Shown here: positions 56,523-64,000 of the stretch, in pieces
How the letters are laid out: the number at the start of each line of letters is the position of its first letter
Position numbering within the stretch: the stretch's first letter is position 1
From: Candidatus Multivoradales bacterium
Lineage (GTDB): Bacteria > Acidobacteriota > Thermoanaerobaculia > Multivoradales > JAHEKO01
Assembly: GCA_965223155.1 (NCBI GenBank)
Contig: CBDCVR010000014.1
Coordinates: 928,001-992,000, forward strand
Length of the DNA: 64,000 bases
Direction: 5' to 3'
Notes under the pieces: generated by a model
Database searches by the model: none
Told to the model about the DNA's origin: nothing
What the model saw: only the letters and a program-made list of their open reading frames with translations
Position numbers and translations under genes: made by a program

Positions 56523-58268
56523 ATGCCGAACTACAAGTCGATCTGGAACAAGGTGGTCTCGCAAACCGATCTGCCCGACGTCATAACTAGCGTCTCAGAA
56601 GCCAGTATTAACGACCTGCTCGTCGCTCATCGCAAGTACGACAGCGAGCTCTATCGCAGAGTGGAGGAGTTAAAGGACGAGACTACGGGCAAGGTCTTCT
56701 TTTCTCTTGACTTGATCGTTGGTGGTGACCGCAAGGCACACAACCAAGGTAAGGCCTTGCCGCTGAAGATGCTGCTTCCCATGAACTACACCAAACTGGC
56801 GAAGCAAGCGTCCGCCTACGAAATGGTCTACAGCTACAGGTTCCATCAAGGTAAGCCACCTGAGCCGAATGCCCTGCTCGACGCCCCTAACGTCAACTTC
56901 TATTTCGCCTGGCCGTCATCAACAGGAGGAACTCCATGGATGCACCATGTGCCGGGTGTGAACTTCCGGCTTGAGGCTCACCTGCGGCTGATGGACGAGG
57001 AAGTCGAGGAGGGCAAGCCTAGATCGCTTGAAATCGTTCCAGTACGGCTGAGAATCAGCAAGGCCTCTTCGGTACGCCTGAAGAAGTCAATCAAACACGC
57101 GCTACAGAAGACTACGCCGACTGTCACGAGCGACAAAGTGACTGATCTGTTCCTCGCTCTGATCGGGTACGGCGCTTCGACGATCGGCCCAGGCTTAGCC
57201 GAAGCAATCGAGCTTCCGGCAATCAAGCTCGAACGCTGGGAACTCTACCCAAACTTGTTTGCCATTCAAGACCGTACAGTGACCTTAGGTGCAAGTCTAG
57301 ACGCCACCAAGTCTTCCAAGCAGTTGCGCGACAAGACGGGAAGCTTTCTCGAGAACTATTGGGCAGCGGTTGACGCAGACATCCAAAGTGCTGGAGGCAT
57401 CGAGCCTCTCGTCCTGACTAAGAGCTCGCTCAACAAGGTGCGCGCTTCTGCCAAGACGACAGGAGCGCTGGCAACCAAGCTCGCCTTCCAGTCCGATCAG
57501 GCTATCCTGCGAAACTTCAAGACCGCGAACGCCTATCTCAACGAGGCCAAGGCGCAGAACGCTCGCCTACTATCTTCCCGCTTGGGGCCAGCTACCCGCG
57601 CTGTGACGAGCAAAGCGAAGGGTACCGTCCCTGATGGGATGGCAGCAGCAGTCAATGAGTACCTCCTCGACAAGATCGTCGCCCAGTATGGAAACATTTT
57701 GAAAGAGGGCTACACGAACGAAATCAAGATTCTGGACCTCATTCGCGGCCGGGTCGGGTACCGGCTGTCGGTTGGCGTTCCGGATATTGATATCACCCCG
57801 GCCAAAGGGCTGACGGGCAGCGTTCCGGTTGACGCTTGGGCAGGACTACTCTACCGAGTTCGACAGATAAACCGATGCAAGATCGTCTGGAGCGGAGAGA
57901 AGCGCATAGGGCTTGGAATCAGGGGGACGCCGAAGGTCAGCATCAAGACAAAGGTCAGTAGAGGGCTATCTCTACATGCGGATTTTGACCTTTCGAAGCT
58001 GAAACTCTATACGGGGGCTGGCTTCCCGATCGACGACATCGTTGGCGCCCTCTCGCCCATATTTGTCGGTGGAATCGAGGGAGTGCTTGACCTTCTGGCA
58101 TTGTTCCTATCCTTCGTTGTCGTGCCTGCTGATCTAGCGGCCGGAGAAAAGACCAAGCTCTCTTTGAGCGCCTTCAAGACTTCCCAGTACAGGAGAACTG
58201 GCGGTCCCTCTGACTCAAGAAACAACTATCTGATGCTCACGGCTGCAACTGAAGGGAAGAAAGCCTAG
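56523..58268 (+). CDS. Hypothetical cargo protein (possible TULIP/BPI-like fold)
   Basis: Long ORF with AAGGGAG RBS and atypical codon usage; two related segments DVITSVSEASINDLL and DGMAAAVNEYLLDKI. Confidence 0.75.
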   Translation: MPNYKSIWNKVVSQTDLPDVITSVSEASINDLLVAHRKYDSELYRRVEELKDETTGKVFFSLDLIVGGDRKAHNQGKALPLKMLLPMNYTKLAKQASAYEMVYSYRFHQGKPPEPNALLDAPNVNFYFAWPSSTGGTPWMHHVPGVNFRLEAHLRLMDEEVEEGKPRSLEIVPVRLRISKASSVRLKKSIKHALQKTTPTVTSDKVTDLFLALIGYGASTIGPGLAEAIELPAIKLERWELYPNLFAIQDRTVTLGASLDATKSSKQLRDKTGSFLENYWAAVDADIQSAGGIEPLVLTKSSLNKVRASAKTTGALATKLAFQSDQAILRNFKTANAYLNEAKAQNARLLSSRLGPATRAVTSKAKGTVPDGMAAAVNEYLLDKIVAQYGNILKEGYTNEIKILDLIRGRVGYRLSVGVPDIDITPAKGLTGSVPVDAWAGLLYRVRQINRCKIVWSGEKRIGLGIRGTPKVSIKTKVSRGLSLHADFDLSKLKLYTGAGFPIDDIVGALSPIFVGGIEGVLDLLALFLSFVVVPADLAAGEKTKLSLSAFKTSQYRRTGGPSDSRNNYLMLTAATEGKKA

Positions 58269-58378
58269 CAACACAGGTTGCGTAGTAGGGGCGTACGTGA
58301 GATTGGCTCGGATCACCCGAGTCAGATTGGGTGGTTGTCCACAGGAGGCGATGCGGCACAGGGAGTAGGCTGAAGTGT

Positions 58379-59320
58379 ATGCGTCCGTCCCGCCGCAGGC
58401 CGCGCTTCGAGAGAGTCCCGATCCGCAACTTCCGGCTCACTGACCGCGACCTCGCGATAATCGAAAACGTCGAGCGGTACCGACTGCTCGATTCGGAACA
58501 GATCGTCGCCCTCTTGGGCGAGGGCAGTCCGCAGCATGTGCGCCGCCGGCTGCAGCTTCTCTTCCATAACCGATACCTCGATCGCCCTCCGGTCCAGATA
58601 GCCGACTTCTATCGGACCCCGGGCACGTTGCCCATGGTCTATGGGTTGGGCAACCGGGGGGCCGATGCGCTCGCGGAGCATCTGCGGCGGAATCGAAGAA
58701 AGGGCGACTGGGCGACCAAGAATCGGTCGATCCGGTCAACCTTCTTTCATCACACGCTGATGGTCTCGTCGATCATTGTGGCGTTCGCGGTCTCCTGCCG
58801 CAGGCGCGAGAACGTCCGGCTGATTCCCTGGGAAGAGATCCTCGAGACAACCTGCCCCGAAGAGGCGAGACGCCTCAAACACCCGCTCACCTGGCGCGTC
58901 AGGGTCCCGGAGGTCGGTTCGCTAGGGGTAACACCTGACCGCGTCTTCGGCCTCGAGTTCGCCGATCGGCCGCAGAGCAGGCGCCGCTCCTACTTCTTCT
59001 TGGAGGCAGACCGCGCCAGCATGCCGGTGATTCGGAAAGACCTTCGCGGCACCTCCATCTTCCGAAAGCTCCTCGCCTATCAGGCAACCGCTTCCCAGAA
59101 GCTCCATTCGGAACGATTCGGAATCAACAACTTCCGCGTTCTGACGGTAACGAAAAGTCCAAAGCAGGAGCGCGTCTCTTCGATGGTCGAGGCGGCGCAG
59201 CAGCTCTCCGGGCCTCAGGGCATCTTCCTTTTCACCGACATCGAGTCGCTCACATCAGGTGACGCACTGACGCACGAGTGGAAGAACGGCCGCGGTGAGT
59301 CGGTTCGACTTCTGGACTGA
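58379..59320 (+). CDS. Replication-relaxation (Replic_Relax) family protein
   Basis: LTDRD..I......R.L...QI wHTH, VRRRLQLL, HTL, PD-(D/E)xK-like PD...FFLEADR, K...Y. Confidence 0.85.
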   Translation: MRPSRRRPRFERVPIRNFRLTDRDLAIIENVERYRLLDSEQIVALLGEGSPQHVRRRLQLLFHNRYLDRPPVQIADFYRTPGTLPMVYGLGNRGADALAEHLRRNRRKGDWATKNRSIRSTFFHHTLMVSSIIVAFAVSCRRRENVRLIPWEEILETTCPEEARRLKHPLTWRVRVPEVGSLGVTPDRVFGLEFADRPQSRRRSYFFLEADRASMPVIRKDLRGTSIFRKLLAYQATASQKLHSERFGINNFRVLTVTKSPKQERVSSMVEAAQQLSGPQGIFLFTDIESLTSGDALTHEWKNGRGESVRLLD

Positions 59321-59353
59321 TCGCCGCATCCGTCGTCCAGTACGCAGAGTCGC

Positions 59354-59381
59354 TTGACGATGCCCGTGGCGCGGGTACTCT
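59354..59381 (+). promoter_or_regulatory. Sigma-70-like promoter, copy 1
   Basis: TTGACG-N16-TACTCT(GAA); near-duplicate at 59719. Confidence 0.55.
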
Positions 59382-59436
59382 GAAGAGAGTACGACAACAA
59401 CGCCGTACCCGTTTACTCACCTAGCCTCGATCACCC

Positions 59437-59709
59437 ATGTCGAACAAAGACGACCTCCTGGAGACCATCGCCAAAGCTGTTGCTCGAATCGAGACGACCC
59501 TCGCCGAGAACGGCACCAAGCTCGACCGAGTCGAGCGCTCGGTCTCCGAGCTGAAGCTCGCCACGTCGGAGCTCAAGCGCGACACCGGCCGGCTCATCCT
59601 CCGAGTCGGTGACCTCGAAGACGCCGTCCGCTCAGAACAGGAGTTCACCTCCGACCTCTACGACCAGCATGAGAAGCGGATCGGCGCACTCGAAGCCAGC
59701 GCGAACTAG
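59437..59709 (+). CDS. Small coiled-coil protein
   Basis: Heptad-rich 90-aa ORF ending HEKRIGALEA, lying between two promoter copies. Confidence 0.75.
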   Translation: MSNKDDLLETIAKAVARIETTLAENGTKLDRVERSVSELKLATSELKRDTGRLILRVGDLEDAVRSEQEFTSDLYDQHEKRIGALEASAN

Positions 59710-59718
59710 CGCGTCGCC

Positions 59719-59746
59719 TTGACAACGCCCGTTTCATCCTTACTCT
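59719..59746 (+). promoter_or_regulatory. Sigma-70-like promoter, copy 2
   Basis: TTGACA-N16-TACTCT(GAA) upstream of radC. Confidence 0.6.
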
Positions 59747-59756
59747 GAACTCCAGA

Positions 59757-59788
59757 CCCCAGCTCCTTCCGAGCTGGGGCTTTTTGTT
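59757..59788 (+). terminator. Terminator-like hairpin
   Basis: CCCCAGCTC-cttcc-GAGCTGGGG followed by CTTTTTGTT. Confidence 0.7.
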
Positions 59789-59821
59789 CCCACACAACCA
59801 ACGACTGAAAGGAGGTCACTT

Positions 59822-60307
59822 ATGGCGACTTCGCAGGAGACGTGCGTCTCGAGCGAGGATCCGACGATCGCCACGCGCTATCGGCTCGAGCTCGTTCGCG
59901 AGCACGGGCCTCCCTACGAGGAGCTCCAGCCGTGCAACCGGCCCGAGCGAGCCGCGGAGTTTCTCACCGAGCTCGTGCGCCCGTTCGCCTTTGAAGTGAT
60001 GGGCGCCGTGATGCTCGATACGCGGAATCGCGCGATCGGGCACCTCATCGCATACCAAGGCACGCTGAGCCGCACCGCGGTCGAGCCGCGTGGGCTCCTC
60101 GTGCCGGCGCTTCTCGCCAACGCGGCGGGCATCATCCTCTTCCACAACCACCCTAGCGGCGATCCCACCCCGAGCGCGGAAGATCTCGCGTTCACGCGCC
60201 GCGTCGCCGAGGCCGGCGACACCGTCGGCGTCAAGCTCGTCGACCACCTGATCCTCGGCGCCGGTGAAAGGCGCTGGGTATCCCTCAAGCAGCGCGGCTC
60301 CTTCTAG
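59822..60307 (+). CDS. radC: RadC-like JAB-domain protein (short, mobile-element type)
   Basis: E...LD.RN, GT....V.PR, HNHPSGDPTPSAED, LVDHLI. Confidence 0.92.
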   Translation: MATSQETCVSSEDPTIATRYRLELVREHGPPYEELQPCNRPERAAEFLTELVRPFAFEVMGAVMLDTRNRAIGHLIAYQGTLSRTAVEPRGLLVPALLANAAGIILFHNHPSGDPTPSAEDLAFTRRVAEAGDTVGVKLVDHLILGAGERRWVSLKQRGSF

Positions 60308-60352
60308 CCGCAGCTCCACCCTTCAAAACAGCCCACGAAAGGAGGTTCCCTA

Positions 60353-60658
60353 ATGGGAGAACCACAGAAGACGTGTGTCCGCAGCAAGCCTCGCTTTCCG
60401 CTCGGCCGTGTTGTGGCGACACCGGGAGCGCTCGCGGCCCTCGAGGCCTCAGGCGAGCTTCCGGAACGCCTCCTCGGCCGCCACGTTCGCGGCGATTGGG
60501 GCGAGATTCCGGATGAGGACCGTCAGGAGAACGAGCTTTCGCTTCGCGAGGGCTACCGGGTCCTCTCCTCGTATCGCACTCGCCTCGGCACTCGGCTTTG
60601 GGTGATCACCGAGGCCGACCGTTCATCCACCTGTCTCCTCCTGCCGGAGGAGTACTGA
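60353..60658 (+). CDS. Conserved plasmid/ICE-associated hypothetical protein
   Basis: FPLG.VVATPGA, RH..GDWG, N..SL..G.R.LSSY, W.ITEADRS.T.LLP.EY. Confidence 0.88.
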   Translation: MGEPQKTCVRSKPRFPLGRVVATPGALAALEASGELPERLLGRHVRGDWGEIPDEDRQENELSLREGYRVLSSYRTRLGTRLWVITEADRSSTCLLLPEEY

Positions 60659-60684
60659 ACCCATTTCCACGAAAGGAGAACACC

Positions 60685-61698
60685 ATGCCCCAACCGGCAC
60701 GGAAACCGTCGACCTACGTCGACTTCAAGGCCGTCAAGGCCGCCGTCTCGATCCAAGCCGTCCTCGAGCGCTACGAGTTGCTCGACGACCTCAACGAGAA
60801 GGACGACGGCTACACCGGCGACTGCCCCTTCCACGAAGGGGAAACGCCTCGGCCGTTCCACGTTTCGACCTCGAAGAACGCCTGGTACTGCTTCGGCTGC
60901 GAGGAGGGCGGCAACGTCCTCGACTTCGTCGCCCGGATGGAGGATGTCTCTATCAAGAAGGCGGCGCAGCTTCTGGCCGAGTGGTTCGAGGTCAGATCGG
61001 CCCGCAAAGGGCCGAAACGGGCCCGCAGCGGGCCCCAGCGAGCGAGGCTCAAGAAAGCACCCGGTCGGGCGAAGGAGGAGCCTCAGGAAGGCCCTCAGGA
61101 GGCCGGCTCTGACGAGGTTGAAGCCGCACCAGGTGAGGAAACGCCGGAATCCGACGAGGAGCCGTCCAACCGCCCGCTGGGCTTCAGTCTGAAGAACCTG
61201 GATCCGAGCCACGAGCGACTCGGCGGCCTCGGTTTCGAGGTTTCGGTGTTCGAGCACTTCGAAGCCGGGTACTGCAGCAAGGGGATGATGAAGGGTCGCC
61301 TGGCGATCCCGATCCACTCTCCGATCGGCGAGCTCCTCGCTTACGCGGGTTTGGCTCTAGCGGCCGACGGCGGCTACAAGTTCCCACCCAAGTTCGACCG
61401 GAGCCTCGAGCTCTACAACCTGCACCGAGCCATCGAGCCGGCGCAGGAGCAAGGGCTCATTCTGGTCGAGGACGTGCTCGACGTCTGGCGACTCCACGAA
61501 GCCGGCTTCCACAACGCCGTCGCTCTGATGGCCGGAAACATGGGTCCGCGTCAAGAAGCGTCAGTGACCTCGGTCGCGGGCGACACCCAGCGGGTGGTCG
61601 TCCTCGGGCCGGAGTCCGATCGGCGTGACGCGCTCGTCAACCGGCTTTTGGCCCAGGTCTACGTCAAAGCACTCGAGCTTGACGAGTACCTCGCCTGA
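60685..61698 (+). CDS. CHC2 zinc-finger DnaG-like protein with degenerate TOPRIM
   Basis: CPFH...WYCFGC..GGN.LDFV, GRLAIPI, LYNL, LVEDVLD; no DxD motif visible. Confidence 0.85.
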   Translation: MPQPARKPSTYVDFKAVKAAVSIQAVLERYELLDDLNEKDDGYTGDCPFHEGETPRPFHVSTSKNAWYCFGCEEGGNVLDFVARMEDVSIKKAAQLLAEWFEVRSARKGPKRARSGPQRARLKKAPGRAKEEPQEGPQEAGSDEVEAAPGEETPESDEEPSNRPLGFSLKNLDPSHERLGGLGFEVSVFEHFEAGYCSKGMMKGRLAIPIHSPIGELLAYAGLALAADGGYKFPPKFDRSLELYNLHRAIEPAQEQGLILVEDVLDVWRLHEAGFHNAVALMAGNMGPRQEASVTSVAGDTQRVVVLGPESDRRDALVNRLLAQVYVKALELDEYLA

Positions 61699-61712
61699 GT
61701 GGACCAGTCGAC

Positions 61713-61922
61713 ATGCGCATTCTCAGAGTCCCTGAGGTCACGAAGAAGCTCGGAATCAGCCGCACTACGCTCTGGCGCTGGAGCCGGCGACCGGGCTTCC
61801 CGGTCAAGCTCGAATTGGGTCCTCAGACTGTCGGCTGGATCGAAGAGGAGGTCGACAACTGGATTCTGCGACAGCGTAACCGCTCGTCGAGAGAGCCTTC
61901 GACCAGCGACGAAGATCTTTAG
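61713..61922 (+). CDS. AlpA-family regulator/excisionase
   Basis: ILR..EV..KLGISRTTLWRW....FP....LG...VGW.EEEV..WI. Confidence 0.92.
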   Translation: MRILRVPEVTKKLGISRTTLWRWSRRPGFPVKLELGPQTVGWIEEEVDNWILRQRNRSSREPSTSDEDL

Positions 61923-61938
61923 GTTAGTTCTTTCAATC

Positions 61939-61973
61939 AAAAAGACGTCCCACTTCCGGGGCGTCTTTCTTTT
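61939..61973. terminator. Bidirectional terminator
   Basis: AAAAAGACGTCCC-acttcc-GGGGCGTCTTTCTTT between convergent genes. Confidence 0.75.
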
Positions 61974-61980
61974 CGCGCGG

Positions 61981-62271
61981 CTACTCCGATCGTCGGTCCA
62001 CCAGCCTGACCAGCCCCCAGAAGGCATCTCCCACCAGATCTTCCTCATAGTCGTCTCAAGTCTTCGGTTGCTGGACTTTCGGAACGTATAGCTCGTCAAG
62101 ATCGTTGACGTATTGGTCGTGGCAAGGGACCAGGGCCGTCTTCCCGCGAAGGCTGATCTTCCAGGCACCACCTCCACCAGCGCCACCAGGTCGCCAATCC
62201 ATAGTGCCGCCGATCTCCTTCAGGAGCTTCTTCACCTTCTGGTAGGGACGCGGTTCTTGCTCTGAGCTCAA
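61981..62271 (-). pseudogene. Small hypothetical gene with an internal TGA at 62056-62058
   Basis: The 71-aa ORF continues in frame after TGA for 24 codons (DDYEEDLVGDAFWGLVRLVDRRSE) to a TAG just before the terminator. Confidence 0.5.
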
Positions 62272-62885
62272 TTCGTCGCCTCCTTCTTCGCGTTGCTGCC
62301 ACCGGCTTCCAAGAGATGGAGCCTGGCTTCGAGCTTACCGACTTGCCGGCTCGAATCGGCCAGACGATCGACTAGGGCCTGTCGCTCCTTTACGAAGTTC
62401 GTCCGATCCTCTTGCAGCTGCTTGATGAATTGGTCCTTTGCCCGAGTGGCGATCTCCGCGTCCCGAAGCTTGAGCTCTAGCTCTTCGACACGGGCGTGGT
62501 CCTCGGCCTCTGCGGCAGCGGGCTGTGGCACACGCCTAGGTTGTACGGCGCCTTTCGTCACTCCACCTTTGGCCAATTCCTCCTGAATCGCTCGCTCGGC
62601 ACTCTCCGGCGTAATGAAGTACTTTCGCTCGTTCTGGTCGTAGCGACAATGGAGCCTGCTGCTTCCTGCGGCATCCTTCCGGCACCAGTTGGTGACGCTT
62701 CGCTCTGTCCGAGCCACGCCCGCGTCCTCGAACATCCTTGCCACCTCGCGCACCGTCAGCGTGTGGCTCTCACGAACTTCGGCATCGTTCGGAACAGTGC
62801 GGAACGCTTCCGAAGGCTGCGGAACCTTGCGGAAGTCTTCCGCACTGTTCCGAAGGGTGTCGGAGTTTCGCTGGTCTGGAGTCAT
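62268..62885 (-). CDS. HTH + coiled-coil protein (par/Kfr-like)
   Basis: LTVREVARMF..ERSVTNWCRK..YFITPES HTH followed by a long coiled coil; divergent from the initiator gene. Confidence 0.7.
   Translation of the reverse strand: MTPDQRNSDTLRNSAEDFRKVPQPSEAFRTVPNDAEVRESHTLTVREVARMFEDAGVARTERSVTNWCRKDAAGSSRLHCRYDQNERKYFITPESAERAIQEELAKGGVTKGAVQPRRVPQPAAAEAEDHARVEELELKLRDAEIATRAKDQFIKQLQEDRTNFVKERQALVDRLADSSRQVGKLEARLHLLEAGGSNAKKEATN
62781..62860. repeat. Eight 10-bp quasi-palindromic tandem units
   Basis: ggcatcgttc ggaacagtgc ggaacgcttc cgaaggctgc ggaaccttgc ggaagtcttc cgcactgttc cgaagggtgt. Confidence 0.75.
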
Positions 62886-62983
62886 GTTGTCTTCATTGTA
62901 GGGAGGCATCGGCAACGCGCAACGGCGACTTATCCACAGAGCGATTCCGGCCGCGAGCCGCATAATGAGAACCACTACAAACC

Positions 62984-63745
62984 ATGTCAGCGCACTTCAA
63001 TCGACAATTCTGGATGCTCGACTTTCGGCTCCTCGAGAACCCGGATTTTCTGCAGTTCATCGGCTCGAGCGAGTTCGCGACCTTCCTCGTGCTTCTGCGC
63101 TATGTGTGGCGCGGAGAAACTGAGCACTACATGGGCCTTAGAGCGCTCTACAGAGAGGAAAAGAAGCTGGTGTGCTCTTTGACCCGGCGAAAGATCGCTG
63201 AGTACACCGGCATCGCCGAGGACAACATCTCTCGCCATCTGACGTCCCTCCAGAACAAGGGCATCATTCAGATCAGCCGCACCGGCCGGCAGAACATCTA
63301 CGTCCTAGGCGAGTGGATCGACGTCTACCACGACGGTTCCTACCGAGGCGTCGAGTGGTTCTTCATCGACGGCGTGTTTGGGGTCTCAAAAGACGATCTG
63401 ACGAATTCGTCAGATCTGTCCCGACGCTCGCCGTCAGGTCAGACCCGACGGTCGGCGTCAGACACTAATAGAAAAGAGAATAGAGAAGAAACCGTTAGCA
63501 GAAACGGCGACCTGAAAGGTCTTCCAGACTTAGAGCAGCCCGAGGAGAAGGTTGAATACTTGGCTGAGGAGATCCTCCGAGAGCTTGGAGACAAGCATTC
63601 AGCCAACTTCTACAGACTCGTCGCGAGGAAGGTACCTGAGCCTGAAATACGACGAACTCTCTCAGAGATTCGAGCAGATGGCGCGGAGGTTCCCGCAAAG
63701 GTCTTCACCTACCGAATGAAGCTCTACGCATCCAGCTACTCGTAA
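62984..63745 (+). CDS. HTH replication-initiator-like protein
   Basis: wHTH (SLTRRKIAEYTGIAEDNISRHL..L..KGII.ISR.GRQNIY), repeat-encoded linker, small C-terminal helical domain. Confidence 0.7.
   Translation: MSAHFNRQFWMLDFRLLENPDFLQFIGSSEFATFLVLLRYVWRGETEHYMGLRALYREEKKLVCSLTRRKIAEYTGIAEDNISRHLTSLQNKGIIQISRTGRQNIYVLGEWIDVYHDGSYRGVEWFFIDGVFGVSKDDLTNSSDLSRRSPSGQTRRSASDTNRKENREETVSRNGDLKGLPDLEQPEEKVEYLAEEILRELGDKHSANFYRLVARKVPEPEIRRTLSEIRADGAEVPAKVFTYRMKLYASSYS
63395..63490. repeat. Iteron-like repeats plus A-rich tract (candidate oriV)
   Basis: Perfect palindrome GATCTGACGAATTCGTCAGATC, then CCCGACG-N5-CGTCAG twice at 24-bp spacing, then ACTAATAGAAAAGAGAATAGAGAAGAA. Confidence 0.6.
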
Positions 63746-64000
63746 AGTCCAGCCGCCTCTCTCCACGATACACTTCGCTCATCTCGTTTACCTTGGGCAC
63801 TTTGACGTTCTTGGCATATTCGCGACCTTCGAGCCTCGGGTTTCCAGGCTCTAACTTGATGAACTTCACAAACGTTTTGGCCCGGTAGGACCAAGAGATT
63901 GCCTCACGCTCCCTCAGACGCCGCCCCTTGCAGACATTCCGCACGTCCACCAGATTGGCTAGTCGAGAAGCTCGTCTCGCTCTTCGAGTCTGAAATACCG
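63705..64000 (-). CDS. Partial hypothetical ORF entering from the right edge
   Basis: Frame of ORF 63705..63950 is open to the window edge; no recognisable family. Confidence 0.3.
   Translation of the reverse strand, partial: VFQTRRARRASRLANLVDVRNVCKGRRLREREAISWSYRAKTFVKFIKLEPGNPRLEGREYAKNVKVPKVNEMSEVYRGERRLDFTSSWMRRASFGR

Larger units (their letters stand above)
49089..64000. mobile_element. tRNA-Ala-targeting integrative element (IME/ICE-like), left part
   Basis: tRNA fragment next to a tyrosine integrase, visibly more A/T-rich cargo, VirD4-like ATPase, Replic_Relax, RadC, primase-like, AlpA and initiator genes. Right end not in the window. Confidence 0.88.

Noticed and set aside
49300-64000. 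Prophage
   Set aside because: No capsid, terminase, tail or lysis genes in the visible part; content is plasmid/IME-like.

Overview
GC-rich bacterial chromosome segment. Gene content and an IFADGFESGDLSAW motif suggest an Acidobacteriota (Thermoanaerobaculia-like) host, which is an inference. Positions 1-49 kb are mostly host genes: a type IV minor-pilin operon (fimT-pilV-pilW-pilX-pilY1), an FmdB zinc-ribbon gene with a possible selenocysteine UGA and SECIS, a GT2, an SLC13/TrkA-C permease, a small DRR/ERR-repeat protein, a TonB-dependent receptor, a TPR lipoprotein, acdS, CRTAC1/PQQ-propeller/LolA-like genes, a pabB-pabC fusion and an SPFH-Arc pair with a palindromic operator. They also include a lipase-like/Zn-phospholipase-like pair and a RiPP-like cluster (39.7-47 kb) encoding a tandem PqqD/RRE protein, YdcF, a nucleotidyltransferase-HprK fusion, two sulfotransferases and an ABC exporter, but no lasso cyclase, peptidase or obvious precursor. 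At 49089-49136 the 3' half of tRNA-Ala(GGC) marks one end of an integrative element that runs off the right edge. The element carries a tyrosine integrase, a TM-less VirD4/TrwB-like ATPase, a Replic_Relax protein, RadC-JAB, a CHC2 primase-like protein, AlpA, a par-like HTH/coiled-coil gene over a 10-bp repeat array and an HTH initiator with internal iterons. Its cargo includes a three-gene membrane protein/atypical TRAFAC GTPase/membrane-anchored partner operon (best candidate for an uncharacterised defence or conflict system), a possible TULIP-fold protein and a highly structured non-coding region. All family assignments come from motif recognition by eye; no database searches were run.
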